64,000 nucleotides of DNA from a virus (Duplodnaviria > Caudoviricetes), in the IMG/VR virus record IMGVR_UViG_3300033068_001704, positions 158,155 through 222,154 of that record. One strand, given 5' to 3'. The notes under the pieces are model-generated. The model saw only the letters and a program-made list of their open reading frames with translations, did no database searches and was not told the DNA's origin. The position numbers were made by a program, and so were the translations under genes. This document shows positions 10,076-20,700 of this stretch, one piece after another. Position 1 is the stretch's first letter; every line of letters starts with the position of its first letter.

Positions 10076-10413
10076 GTGACCAGGAAGAGAAACCGACGGA
10101 TCTGAGCCCCATGGATCGGCTGATGGTTCTGGAGCGAGACCTCAAGACCATCGCTGGGGTGGTTTCTGCTACGGCAGACGACACTCTGCGGGTATGTCTC
10201 GTCCTCCAAGAGATGGCAGAGGCGGGGTTCCTGCCTGAGCTGCCGTGGGGGCTGGCCTCAACAATCGTGGACCTCCGATACGCTCAGATGGCCGCGGTGG
10301 GTGAGGCGGACCTGGATGGGTCGCTCGCAGCTCGCATCACGGAGCTGGGGGCTCGGATCGAAGAGCTACGCGAGGAATTCCGGAAGAGGGCGTATGAGCA
10401 GCAAGCCGGTTAG
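10072..10413 (+). CDS. Hypothetical protein
   Basis: GTGA overlap with the polymerase stop. Confidence 0.65.
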   Translation: MSDQEEKPTDLSPMDRLMVLERDLKTIAGVVSATADDTLRVCLVLQEMAEAGFLPELPWGLASTIVDLRYAQMAAVGEADLDGSLAARITELGARIEELREEFRKRAYEQQAG

Positions 10414-11131
10414 GAGTCTCAACCTTCTCCGAGACTGTAACGACCAGGGAATCCCCCCCGCGGATTTCATGGGCACGTTCTGTCAGCGGTGTCGCAACCC
10501 GGAGTGCGTCAACGCAGGGTGGGCGGGCTCAACCTGGTCCGGTCGTATGGCCACGCAGGTCGATCGACTGCTAACCTTCCCTTCCTTCGCGAACCCGGAT
10601 GATCCGAGGTTCGAAAGGCTGCGGGATCTGGAGTTCCGTCAGGTCGAAGCTCCGATCGTCTGGAACCCGAGTGACCCTTGGGCGGGACCGTCGGTCCATC
10701 TCGTGGACCCGGAGCGTAAGACAAGCCACTCCCAGGATGTGGAGGAGGCCATCAAGTCGCTCGCTGAGACGCGCGTCAAGAAGGCCCCTGAATCTCCGGG
10801 GAACCCTGAACCTGAAGCTGCGGCTGAAGCCGCTCCCGAACCCTCACCTCAACCCACCCCCGTCCAAGCGCCCGTCGCTGAACGCACCTCCGCCCCCAAG
10901 CACTACGTACTCGATACGCTGCCGGCTGTACCGCAAATTCAGGCCCCCGCCCCGACGCAGAGGGTGGTCAACACCCCGTTCCCTGAGGAAGGGGTGATGC
11001 TCGACGGAAGTCCTCTTCCTTCACCTCAGGTGAAGGAAGAGATCGATCCGTGGGCCGTCAAGCCTGGTGGAGATGCGGTGAAAGTCCCTGTCGGCGCTAG
11101 GGTGCGGATGGGGGGAAACCCGAAGAAATGA
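10394..11131 (+). CDS. Hypothetical protein with Cys cluster and Pro-rich C-terminus
   Basis: DCN...FCQRCRNPEC; start taken at ATG 10394. Confidence 0.7.
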   Translation: MSSKPVRSLNLLRDCNDQGIPPADFMGTFCQRCRNPECVNAGWAGSTWSGRMATQVDRLLTFPSFANPDDPRFERLRDLEFRQVEAPIVWNPSDPWAGPSVHLVDPERKTSHSQDVEEAIKSLAETRVKKAPESPGNPEPEAAAEAAPEPSPQPTPVQAPVAERTSAPKHYVLDTLPAVPQIQAPAPTQRVVNTPFPEEGVMLDGSPLPSPQVKEEIDPWAVKPGGDAVKVPVGARVRMGGNPKK

Positions 11132-11469
11132 CCCCCAGTTACAGTCTTGAGCTTCTTTCCGTTCTCAACACCGCCCGCTTCCAGGATGGATGGTCCGTGC
11201 TTCTGGTTCCGAGCAGTCGGTACAAGGAGACGCTTCTGACCATCTCCGCGCTGTGTGACCTTCCGGTCAGTGGTCGGACGATCGTCTGGCCGGACATGGG
11301 GAACAAGCTCTCCGTGGTCCACACGGGCCAGGAGAAGATCCTTCCCGAGGGGCACCCCTACACCCTGTTCGTCGCTGGGTGGTCCCAGTCCAGCCCTGCT
11401 GAGTCCGGTACTCTGAAGGAATGGCGGACGGGGGCGAAGGAATTCGTCTCGATCGAGGCGCGCGCGTAG
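11128..11469 (+). CDS. Hypothetical protein
   Basis: ATGA overlap, codon bias. Confidence 0.65.
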   Translation: MTPSYSLELLSVLNTARFQDGWSVLLVPSSRYKETLLTISALCDLPVSGRTIVWPDMGNKLSVVHTGQEKILPEGHPYTLFVAGWSQSSPAESGTLKEWRTGAKEFVSIEARA

Positions 11470-11495
11470 CGAGCCTATAACGCCATGGGGAAACC

Positions 11496-11819
11496 ATGGC
11501 GAATTGGTGGTTCGACGCCCAGGGACGCAACACGCTCAAGGGTGTTGACGACGACCCGACCAACCGACCGGTTCTTCCGGTGGACTCGATCATCGAGTTC
11601 CTCCTTGGAAACCCGTTCGCGAGACGGGATTTCCAGCTCATTCTCCCAGCGATGCTCCCGGCTGAACAGGAGCGCCTGAACGCGATCGTGGAACAGAACC
11701 CGAGGTGTCTGAGGGACGATCCAGACCCTGACCCTCAGGTTCTATCCGATCAGTTCATGGGGGCGCTCAACAAGCCCATCACGTTCTTCGACGCGAACCG
11801 ACGTACACGACGTCGGTGA
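11496..11819 (+). CDS. Hypothetical protein
   Basis: Clean ORF with GGGGAA upstream. Confidence 0.65.
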   Translation: MANWWFDAQGRNTLKGVDDDPTNRPVLPVDSIIEFLLGNPFARRDFQLILPAMLPAEQERLNAIVEQNPRCLRDDPDPDPQVLSDQFMGALNKPITFFDANRRTRRR

Positions 11820-11852
11820 GGTCTGAGCATGTCTGCAACCTGAACGGAGAAG

Positions 11853-12281
11853 ATGCTGATGAGATCCTTCTTTCTGATCGCCCTTTCGGTCGTCACCCTC
11901 TCGGGTTGCGCCACCATCCGAGACAAGAACGTCTATGCGACGGAGATCCAGTTCTCGGATCTCACGGTTCAGCGTCAGGCGCCGTTCGTTCGGGACTTCA
12001 TCTCGGCATCCTGCACGTGTTCGGAGTCCGCATGGACGGCTTCCGCCGCGGGCGTCACGGATGCGTCGTGCGCCTCGGCCGCGGACTGGTACGCGGTGTA
12101 CGCCGCTCGCTGGGCCTGGCACATGGAGATGATGCGGTACAACGGGGGGCTGATCGAAGGCGACCCCGGTGCGGCCCCTGAGATCCCGCAGGGATGCGAG
12201 CTTCCGGACATGGATGATCGCGCCCCGGCACCGGAGGCACCGAGCGTCCCTACGGATCCGACGGCAGGGGGTGAGGCGTGA
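11853..12281 (+). CDS. Predicted lipoprotein
   Basis: Hydrophobic signal plus lipobox LSGC; GGAGAAG RBS. Confidence 0.7.
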   Translation: MLMRSFFLIALSVVTLSGCATIRDKNVYATEIQFSDLTVQRQAPFVRDFISASCTCSESAWTASAAGVTDASCASAADWYAVYAARWAWHMEMMRYNGGLIEGDPGAAPEIPQGCELPDMDDRAPAPEAPSVPTDPTAGGEA

Positions 12282-12673
12282 CCGACATCCTGAAGGATGG
12301 GAGCACGGTGCTCTTCGACCTCCTGAAGAAGGAGGGGATCCCGGCGGTCACCGACTCACTGGACAAGCTCGCTGGGGAGGCCACCGAGGGGTGGCAGAAG
12401 ATGCTCCTCAAGCTCGGGACCCAGCTCGTCTCGAAGCACGGCCCCGATGGCCTCCATCTCTTGGAGGACTACGTCAGCCGGATGATGGCGGGAAAGCCGG
12501 TGGATCTCACCGGGCTCACGATGCGTGAGGCCAGCGACCTCCTCGCAGTGATGCAGAGGAAGGAAGCGGACACGAAGAACCAGGTCCTCCTCTGGACGAA
12601 TCTCATCATTGAGGAGATCGGCAAGGGTCTCGCCCTGCTTGTGTCGGTACTCTTCAAGGAACTTTCTCTGTGA
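12278..12673 (+). CDS. Hypothetical protein
   Basis: GTGA overlap; strong codon bias. Confidence 0.7.
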   Translation: MTDILKDGSTVLFDLLKKEGIPAVTDSLDKLAGEATEGWQKMLLKLGTQLVSKHGPDGLHLLEDYVSRMMAGKPVDLTGLTMREASDLLAVMQRKEADTKNQVLLWTNLIIEEIGKGLALLVSVLFKELSL

Positions 12674-12694
12674 GAGAGTGAAGGAGATTCACCT

Positions 12695-13096
12695 GTGACC
12701 CGTCGCTCCCCCAACCGCGCTTCTCATGGTCCCGCTCACATCTTCCCCGGGGCAGGCAAGCCTGCCGAGGTCGAGAAGCCCGCGAAGCCCGTGAAGAAGT
12801 CCGCCCCCCGATCAGCTCTGAAGGAGCTGAAGGTCGAGAAGACCGAGGGGAAGTCCAAGGGACAGAAGGCCGAGAAGGCCCCCAAGGAACCCAAGGCCGA
12901 GAAGGCCCCCAAGGCCGAGAAGACCGTCGTGACCGAGACGGTCACCGAAGTCGTCACCGTATCGGAGATCGACATCGAGGTGGATCTCGGTGACGTCGAT
13001 TCTGACCTGCCGAAGGCCGCGAAGAAGTCGGCGAAGAAGTCGGCGAAGAAGTCGGCGAAGAAGTCGGCGAAGAAGGCTTCTACGAAGGCTTCGTGA
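12695..13096 (+). CDS. Lys/Ala-rich histone H1-like basic protein
   Basis: KAEKAPK x2 and (AKKS)n tail; AAGGAG RBS. Confidence 0.7.
   Translation: MTRRSPNRASHGPAHIFPGAGKPAEVEKPAKPVKKSAPRSALKELKVEKTEGKSKGQKAEKAPKEPKAEKAPKAEKTVVTETVTEVVTVSEIDIEVDLGDVDSDLPKAAKKSAKKSAKKSAKKSAKKASTKAS
13019..13074 (+). repeat. Tandem 12-bp coding repeat GCGAAGAAGTCG (about 4.5 copies)
   Basis: Visible directly; encodes AKKS repeats. Confidence 0.9.
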
Positions 13097-13527
13097 TCCC
13101 TGTGATTCTCACTGTCTCCAAGTACGTTCCGGAAGGAATGTACGGGTTTTTGGAAGGGCAGGGGGAGCGGGCTTTCTTCCACCTCTCGGAGTTCGATCCG
13201 AGAGGTGGGCCGCCCCCTATCATCGGTGAGGAAGTCGAAGCCGAAAGACTGGATCCGAACGGGGACAAGAGCCCTCGTGCGAGATCTGTCGTGCGTCTGC
13301 ATCCACCGATCCGTCTTGTCGGGGAAGTGACCCGCTTCGACTACAACGTCGGATACGGGTTCGTGACTTCTGAGGAACGTCAGTTCTTCTTGCACCGAAG
13401 TGACTTGGCGAACGGCGCACTGCCTGCCCTAGGCATGATGGTAGAGTTCTACGCCAGCCAGGAAACCTCGGACGCCAAAAGGCCGAGGGCTTGCCACGTT
13501 CGAATCATGGATCGAGGGGCTCGATGA
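13093..13527 (+). CDS. Tandem cold-shock (CSD/OB-fold) domain protein
   Basis: Two copies of YGF...FFH.S (RNP1/RNP2-like): MYGFLEG..RAFFHLS and GYGFVTS..QFFLHRS. Confidence 0.8.
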   Translation: MIPVILTVSKYVPEGMYGFLEGQGERAFFHLSEFDPRGGPPPIIGEEVEAERLDPNGDKSPRARSVVRLHPPIRLVGEVTRFDYNVGYGFVTSEERQFFLHRSDLANGALPALGMMVEFYASQETSDAKRPRACHVRIMDRGAR

Positions 13528-14099
13528 GCAGCAACCGCAACGTCTTCGGGGGGATGAACCCGTTTGGCGTGTACGTGCCGATGTCGGAGACGGAGCAGGA
13601 GCTGCTTCATCGATTGGTCGAGGCGAACGAGCTGGTAGTGATCCTCCATGGGTGGGGCCACTTCGAGGCTCCGAAGATTGCGATTGGGGACGCGGCCCTC
13701 CACATCCCCCTCACGCTTCAGTTCGACCGCCCCGAGAACCCGATCCCTGTCTATTTCTTCGACCTCGAACTCCAGACCCGCTCTGGGCTGACTCTCTATC
13801 GTGAGAAGCAGCCGACCGTGTACGGAGGTCAACCCATCGGGGTTGGTGCCGGGACGGAGATCCACATGGTGTGGGACATCGGCATCAAGTGCATCGACCC
13901 CCAGCTCGTCAAGAGGCTCATGCCTGGGACGAGCGGGTTGACGAGCCGGCTGCTCGACAAGGATACGGGGGCCCTCACTCTCACCGGCAACATGAAGCTC
14001 GACTCCGCGAAGGCGAAGCTCCTGAAGCGGGTTCGTGAAGGTGAGGCGCGGGTTCGAGCGGACAAGGAAGCCCAGCTTCGCAAGTACGGGAAGCGGTAG
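13524..14099 (+). CDS. Hypothetical protein
   Basis: ATGA overlap; start at ATG 13524. Confidence 0.7.
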   Translation: MSSNRNVFGGMNPFGVYVPMSETEQELLHRLVEANELVVILHGWGHFEAPKIAIGDAALHIPLTLQFDRPENPIPVYFFDLELQTRSGLTLYREKQPTVYGGQPIGVGAGTEIHMVWDIGIKCIDPQLVKRLMPGTSGLTSRLLDKDTGALTLTGNMKLDSAKAKLLKRVREGEARVRADKEAQLRKYGKR

Positions 14100-14134
14100 G
14101 GAAGCTATCTCCCGCCTCGGTCGAGGCGTGAGCG

Positions 14135-14746
14135 ATGAGTGAAATCGGGAGCGGCGAGAGAGTCGTCATTCTCAGCGACCGGATGAGCACCAGCTCTCCG
14201 GTCGGGGCGGATCAGAACACCCCTGAAACGGGTCGGGTTCTGATCTTCCTGGATTCCGCCAGAGATCTGTGGTCGAAGGACTCGGCAGGAGTCGTCAAGC
14301 CCCTCAACGGGGGGACGCTGTCGGACGCCTCCTGGGAAGCCGTTCTTCCTGCCACGGACCCCACGCCCATCGGGGACATCACCCACCGTGGGAATGCCGC
14401 AGTGGGTCTCCCCCTTGCGGGTCCGATCCTCGCTGGGATCCGATTCCAGGTTGTCGGAGACACGGCGGCTCAAGGCTCCCTCTACGTGGGGGAGATGGAT
14501 GAGTCGGCCGATGTGGCGGACCACAACCAGGTCTTCTCGGACTCGGTGGACCATGGCCTCTTCGCGAAGCCGGACAGTCTTCCGGCGCGTCGGATCGATG
14601 CCCCTGGACTCATCCGCAAGACGCTCCCCGCGTCGGAAACCGTTCGAGTCCCCAACGGCTCCCAGTACCTCACGTATGGGAGCTTCAGTCTTGGGGCAGG
14701 CGCTTCGATCGTCCTCGAAGGCGACGCTGACCTTGTGATTCTGTGA
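14135..14746 (+). CDS. Putative virion protein
   Basis: First gene of the fibre cluster; beta-rich C-terminus. Confidence 0.55.
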   Translation: MSEIGSGERVVILSDRMSTSSPVGADQNTPETGRVLIFLDSARDLWSKDSAGVVKPLNGGTLSDASWEAVLPATDPTPIGDITHRGNAAVGLPLAGPILAGIRFQVVGDTAAQGSLYVGEMDESADVADHNQVFSDSVDHGLFAKPDSLPARRIDAPGLIRKTLPASETVRVPNGSQYLTYGSFSLGAGASIVLEGDADLVIL

Positions 14747-14753
14747 GGACTGT

Positions 14754-15728
14754 ATGAGCAAGATCGTACTGACCGATTCCGCTACGAATCCTGACTCTCC
14801 CGTCTCTGGACAGTCGGCGGTCTTCACGAAGAGTGATGGCCTCTACCTGAAGAACAGCGCGGGGGCGGTCACAGGCCCTCTTGGTGCTGGTGGTGGTGGG
14901 AGCCCGTCGGGTTCGGCGGGTGGGTCCCTTTCTGGGACCTACCCGAACCCTGGGCTGGCCGATGGTGCCGTCGTCGAGGCGAAGCTCGCGGACGGATCCG
15001 TCACGGTCAACAAGATCGGGGCTGGGGCGGTCAACAACGCCAAGCTCGCAACGGACGCAGTCGCGACCGGCAACATCCAGAACTCCGCTGTGACCACGGC
15101 GAAGATCGCGAACGGGAACGTGACAGAGGGGAAGCTCGCCGATGGGAGCGTGAGCCTCACGAAGCTCGTGGGACCTGGGGGCGGGGCGTTCTCCTATGCT
15201 TCCATCCAGGCGGATGGGACCGGGGCCCTGTGGACCATCGGGTACCCGTCCGAGATCCGTTTCGCCTCACCGGACAGGCTTTCTCTCTCGGGGGATGGGG
15301 GGACTGGGACGCCCCTTTTCCTTCAGGCGACGGACTTTTCGATGTCTCAGCCGGCAGGGTACATCCCTCGCACGCAGACCGTCTACCTGACTCCGGTGTC
15401 GTTCCCGACGGTCGTTTCCCTCGATGCGGGACCGTCCACGTTTCATGTGAACGGGGCGGCCGAATCTTGGATCTACCTTCCTGACTCCGCCCTCTATCCG
15501 CCTGGATTCGAGATCGTGGTGTGGAACGCAGAGGGTTCGGATCTCTTCATCGGGGCGAACGGGTCGGGGGTACCGGTCATGCCGACGCCCCCCCTCAACC
15601 GTCGAATCAACAACGTCACAGGGGACCGTGATCTCGCGGAGAACACGGGCCGTCGATTCATGACGCTTGGGACGAGCGTCAACCCTCCCCTGCCTGGCGG
15701 CGGATGGATCGAGATCGGAACCTTCTGA
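14754..15728 (+). CDS. Tail-fibre-like protein
   Basis: GGSLSGTYPNP motif and repeated (A/G)VT..KLADG units typical of phage fibres. Confidence 0.7.
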   Translation: MSKIVLTDSATNPDSPVSGQSAVFTKSDGLYLKNSAGAVTGPLGAGGGGSPSGSAGGSLSGTYPNPGLADGAVVEAKLADGSVTVNKIGAGAVNNAKLATDAVATGNIQNSAVTTAKIANGNVTEGKLADGSVSLTKLVGPGGGAFSYASIQADGTGALWTIGYPSEIRFASPDRLSLSGDGGTGTPLFLQATDFSMSQPAGYIPRTQTVYLTPVSFPTVVSLDAGPSTFHVNGAAESWIYLPDSALYPPGFEIVVWNAEGSDLFIGANGSGVPVMPTPPLNRRINNVTGDRDLAENTGRRFMTLGTSVNPPLPGGGWIEIGTF

Positions 15729-15731
15729 GCC

Positions 15732-16550
15732 ATGGCTGGGAAGTACAACTTCAAGGACGTCGGGTCCGTCAGTCTGGCGCAGACGGACGAGCTTCCTGAT
15801 GTGGATGTGGAAGCTGGGCAGCTTTCCTTCGACGGGGACACCCTCGTCTTGAGGAAGGTGGATGGTCAGACCACCTCTACGATGAGGTTCGTACGGGATG
15901 AGTACGTGGACTACGTGGTGGGTATCGACAACTTCACCGAGCACCTGTTTGCTGCTTGGTTCGAAGAGGCGAATGGGGGGACGGTCGAGATCGGGCCGGA
16001 CCCGAACGCCATCTCGATGAGCCCGCAGCTCTGCGCCACGCTCCCCTTCATGGCAAATGCGGAGTTGCCTTTCTACGCCAGAACGTGGAGAGAGAACACG
16101 TGGTTCTATCCCGCACAGAATCCGGACATCGAGTTTCGGTTCTACCCCTCCCCCAGCAACAACTTCCCCTGGGGGATTGGGCTGTCAAATCCGGACGGGA
16201 CGGCGGTGATGTTGAAGTCTGTGGACATGAATGGCACTCAGGTATGCCAGCTCGTGTTTCAACAGAGCGGGGACATCACCTCCGCGGAGAATGTGACGCT
16301 TCCGGCGCTGGGAAACGCCACCGCCTATCGGATGCGCCTGATCGTGACCGAAGAGGGGGCCACCCTCTTCATGTGTCCGGATGGGGGGACTCTGACAGAG
16401 GTGGCAGAGCTGGTGGAGGAGATCGAATCCACCAATTACATGCCCTACGTCGAAGCGACGACTGACGAAGGCGTCTCAGATACCTCTTCCCTGGTGGTGG
16501 ATTACTGTCGGTGGAGAGCCCTTCGAGTGTTCGCGAACGCCCCCAAGTGA
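15732..16550 (+). CDS. Putative virion protein, possible lectin-like beta-sandwich
   Basis: Beta-rich, ends LVVDYCRW; located in the fibre cluster. Confidence 0.5.
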   Translation: MAGKYNFKDVGSVSLAQTDELPDVDVEAGQLSFDGDTLVLRKVDGQTTSTMRFVRDEYVDYVVGIDNFTEHLFAAWFEEANGGTVEIGPDPNAISMSPQLCATLPFMANAELPFYARTWRENTWFYPAQNPDIEFRFYPSPSNNFPWGIGLSNPDGTAVMLKSVDMNGTQVCQLVFQQSGDITSAENVTLPALGNATAYRMRLIVTEEGATLFMCPDGGTLTEVAELVEEIESTNYMPYVEATTDEGVSDTSSLVVDYCRWRALRVFANAPK

Positions 16551-16553
16551 ACA

Positions 16554-17372
16554 GTGCCGAAGATTGTCTTTCAGAACGATGTGGTCTCTCCGCTGTCGAA
16601 CACGGGGAAGACCATCATCTTCACCAAGGCGGATGGCGTCTACGTCATCACGGAGGACGGGGTAGAAGTCGGTCCTCTTGGTGCTGGCATGGGGTCGATT
16701 GCGGGGGGTGATCTCTCTGGCACGTACCCGAACCCTCAGGTCTACGGTCTTGGGGGAATCCCGATCGACCTCTCCGCCCTCGCTGCGTTCGACGTCCTGA
16801 CCTACGACGGGGCGGAGTGGATCACGATGCCTGGGGGGTCCGGTCCTCCGACAGGTGCTGCTGGCGGAGACCTGGGAGGTCTGTACCCGAACCCGACGGT
16901 CATTCAGATCGGTGGGAACCCGATCTCGAATGATGTCCCCGATGCGGGGGACGTTCTTCAATGGGACGGGTCGGAGTGGGTCCCCAGCGCGAGTCTCAGC
17001 TCGAACGCGGTCACCTCTGGTGCAGGGGCTTGGCTGGCAGGGGAGACCCTTGCGGTTGGGGACGTCGTTCGAGCTTCCTCTACACCCAACACGGTCGTCC
17101 GAGCCGCTCACACCAGCTTCGCGAATGCGACCCCGGTGGTTGGGGTGGTCATCGACCTCCCGTCGGTATCGACGGCCACTGTGGCATACCTTGGGGAGAT
17201 CCTCTGGACTGGTGCGGCCCTGACGCCAGGGGCGACCTACTATCTCAGCTCGACACCTGGGGGGATGACGCTGACCGCGACGACCACCCCCGGGAACGTC
17301 TCCCTTCGGGTCGGATTCGCGAAGAATTCCAACACGTTCGTGATCGCTCCTGGGGAGCCGATCCGGCTGTAG
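16554..17372 (+). CDS. Tail-fibre/decoration-like protein
   Basis: GGDL.G.YPNP x2, GDVL.WDG..W, C-terminal AGE.LA.G...YYLS..PG.MT module. Confidence 0.7.
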   Translation: MPKIVFQNDVVSPLSNTGKTIIFTKADGVYVITEDGVEVGPLGAGMGSIAGGDLSGTYPNPQVYGLGGIPIDLSALAAFDVLTYDGAEWITMPGGSGPPTGAAGGDLGGLYPNPTVIQIGGNPISNDVPDAGDVLQWDGSEWVPSASLSSNAVTSGAGAWLAGETLAVGDVVRASSTPNTVVRAAHTSFANATPVVGVVIDLPSVSTATVAYLGEILWTGAALTPGATYYLSSTPGGMTLTATTTPGNVSLRVGFAKNSNTFVIAPGEPIRL

Positions 17373-17414
17373 TCCAGATTCGTCTATACCCCCGACTTCA
17401 TCGGGATCCCCCCG

Positions 17415-17741
17415 ATGGCTGAAGCACGTCGATACAAGCTCACGCAGGACGTGATCGACTCCTGGTACACCCAGGATGGGCGGTTTCGGTTCCGCATCGG
17501 GTTCGACAAGGACAACGGCCACATCTTCTGCCCTGCCCAGCGTTGCCCGACGATCGACATCGCGGACACCGACGTCATTCAGACGACCAACGCCATGGCT
17601 CAGAAGTGCCTTCGTTTGTACCGCATCCCGCAGGGGGTTCGTCGCAACGGGGAGCCTCCCCCCTCTGGTCCGACGTTCGAGGACGTGACGGACTGGACCC
17701 ATCACGTGGACGTGGATCTCGATCCGTTTTTCACGGGCTAA
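17415..17741 (+). CDS. Hypothetical protein
   Basis: Clean ORF. Confidence 0.65.
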   Translation: MAEARRYKLTQDVIDSWYTQDGRFRFRIGFDKDNGHIFCPAQRCPTIDIADTDVIQTTNAMAQKCLRLYRIPQGVRRNGEPPPSGPTFEDVTDWTHHVDVDLDPFFTG

Positions 17742-17753
17742 CCAGGCGGAGCC

Positions 17754-20700
17754 ATGGCGAATCAGATCCCCCTTTCTGTTGATGCTGGTCGAGTCATCCG
17801 TTTTGGATCGACCGACCAGGTCCTTGCTGATGGCGTCGTTCCCCGGTCTGGCACGACGCTCAGTCTGGGTGATTCGGACACGACCCTCGTCACCGTGGCT
17901 GGGGCTGCGGCAACGGGGATCACGCTCGGTGGCGCTGGGACTCTCGTAGCAATCCCCGGAGACCTGGAGGTCACGGGATCGCTCACCGTCAACTCGGACT
18001 CGATGTTCGACGGAGACACGATCATCGGCGATGCGACCAGCGACACGCTGACGCTGACTGCCCGGATGATCACCTCGATCCTCACCACGGGCACTTCCAC
18101 TGCGACGACGAACGGGTGGGATCTCGGGTCTGGGGCGAACGGATGGAACAACGTCTTCCTGGCGCGCGATGGCGCTGGGAATGCACTCGCAACGGCTCGT
18201 GCTCTGTCGTCCACCAGTGTTGGGGCCTCGGGCGCGACCCTTGTTGGCGTGGACATCACGGCCCTCGCGGTCTCTCCGGCGAACAGCACGCTTCAGGCGG
18301 TTCTGGAGACGCTCTCCACGACGGCAACGGGGGGTTCGTTCCAGACCACGTACGACAACGGACCGGATGTCACCCAGGATGCAACCGGCGGCATCGCGAT
18401 TACGCGGGGGGCCACGAGCGCTGACACGCATGTCCTGCGTCTCGTTCATGGGCAGACCGGCTCTGATGACGTGCTGGAAATCGACCGCTCTCCCGCAGGC
18501 GCGGCGGCGGGTCGTGGCGTCCATGTCGCCATGGGCGCGAACGCGTCGGATGCAGGTCTTGAGGTCTCTCACTCGGGAACGGCAGCCGGGTCGAGAGCAG
18601 CCATCTTCAGCGGTGTCTCCCTCACGTCCAACCGGGGCGTTGTCGAGGTCACGCATCAGGGGTCCGGTGCCGGTCACGGCGTCGTGGTGAACCTTGGGGC
18701 TGCCTCCACCCAGAAGCACCTTCGGCTTGCTCGGGATGCGGGGGCAACCGTCACGACCCTCGACGAGGCCGGCATCACCATCAACGGTGACAGTGCTTCT
18801 GGGACCATCGCGACCTTCAACATCTCGGCGGAGGTCTCCTCTTCGGATGGTGTGGCTGGGACGAACATCGAGATCTCCGCGGCCCCCGGCTCGGCGAGCG
18901 CCTCTATCCAGGGTGGTGATGGCGGCAACCTTGTGTTCGCAGCCGGCGACGGAGCCCTCTCAACAGAGGCTGCCTCAAGCGGTGGTCTGGGTGGTTCGCT
19001 TTCCTTCGTGGCAGGTGCGGGGGGTGATTCCGGCGCCTCGGTGGGACCTGGGTCGGGTGGCTCGATCTCCTTCGTGGCAGGGTCTGCCTCATCAGTTGGG
19101 GCCTTCGGTTCGGCTGCGGGTGGGGGTGTCACCTTCCTGGGCGGGGACAGCTCGGGGGGGAACGGGATCGGGGGTGTCGTCTCGCTCGATCCGGGCCTTG
19201 GGGCAGGGTCGAACGGTTCGATCCTCCTTGGGGTAACGAACACCCCTTACGAGATCCAGTCCGGTTCGAATGGTGGGCGGACGGAGTGGACGCACTTCGG
19301 TCGGATGGTTGTGGATGGGAGTGCTGACGACTCCCTCCTGACGGTTCGAGAGGAGTTTGCCAACCGGTTCGTTGTCTCGACCGCGGGGGGCGCTGGGGCA
19401 CCTCTCGTCACGGTTTACGGTGAGACGGCGGCCAGCTCGAACTACGCGACCGAATTCGAGTTGGCCGACTCGGAGTTCTTGCTCCAGCCGGTCACGGTCC
19501 ATCTCGCGGAAGTCAGTCCGGAAGGTGTCATCGCAGCACTTCCTGGCTCGACCTGTCACGTCCGATTCCCGAGCGCAAACGCAAGCGATGGTCTGTGGGT
19601 CAAGCTCACGGGATCGGGAAACACGGGATGGTCCAAGGTCCAGGCGGGGTCTGGGACCGTTGATTCTCTTCAGTCGGCCTACGAGGCTGGCAACACGGTT
19701 TCGGTCACTACCGCGGAGGGTTCTCTCGCGTTCTCGAACTCTGCGGATGCCACCGACATCCTGACCCTGACGCGAACCTTCGCGGGAGCGGGGGAGGGCC
19801 TGTCGGTTGGGATGGGTCCGAGCAACCAGGCGGTAACGGGTCGAGGCGTCGAGATCATCTCTGGCACTGGTGCCACTGGGTCGATGCTCTTCGTCAACAA
19901 CCTCGGGACGGGGAACGCTCTTCAGATTCAGGACGGAAGCAACGACGTCTTCACGATCGCCGGGACGGGGGCGGTGGCGTTCACCCCGACGAGCGGGTCC
20001 AACCTCTCCGCTACCACGGCAGGGGCCGGGGAGATCACCGTCCAATCCGCCGCTGGTGCCCTCAACATCGTCAACGATGTCTCGACGGGGGCGGGTGGTG
20101 GGATCTCGATCCGCGCAACGTCGTCGGGCTCAGGCACGAGCGGGGATCTGCTTCTGTACTCGGCCACGACTGGGTCTGGTTCGGGGGGCGTCCTTCTCTC
20201 TGCTGGTGTGGCGGTCGCGAACCCCTTGACGGGTCAGATCATCATTCGCGGGAGCGCGGATCTCGATCTCGACGGGGCAAGCGCGACCCTCGACACGACC
20301 GGGGCCATCTCTCTGGATGCTGGTGCGGCATCGAACTTCACGACCTCCGCAGGTGCCCTCACACTGACCAGTGCAGCGGCAGCCACCTGGGGGACGGCAG
20401 CAGGTGCCCTGACTCTCAACGGGGTCTCGGGGATCAACCTCCAGTTCAACGGAAGCACGAAGCTCGCGGTCGCTACCTCCACCCTCACGGTTCAGACAGG
20501 AACCGTCCTCGGAACGACCAACACCGGCAACATCAACCTCCCGAACAACGGGGCGGCTCGGTTCCAGGTCGAGGGGGCGGCGGTAGGGGCGACCGTAACG
20601 GCCGCGAACCTCGACACGCTCACGAACGGGTCGAACGCGGATGCTCTCCATGTCCATGGGGCATCGGGTCTGTTGGTTACGGCAGGGGAAGCGCTCGCTG

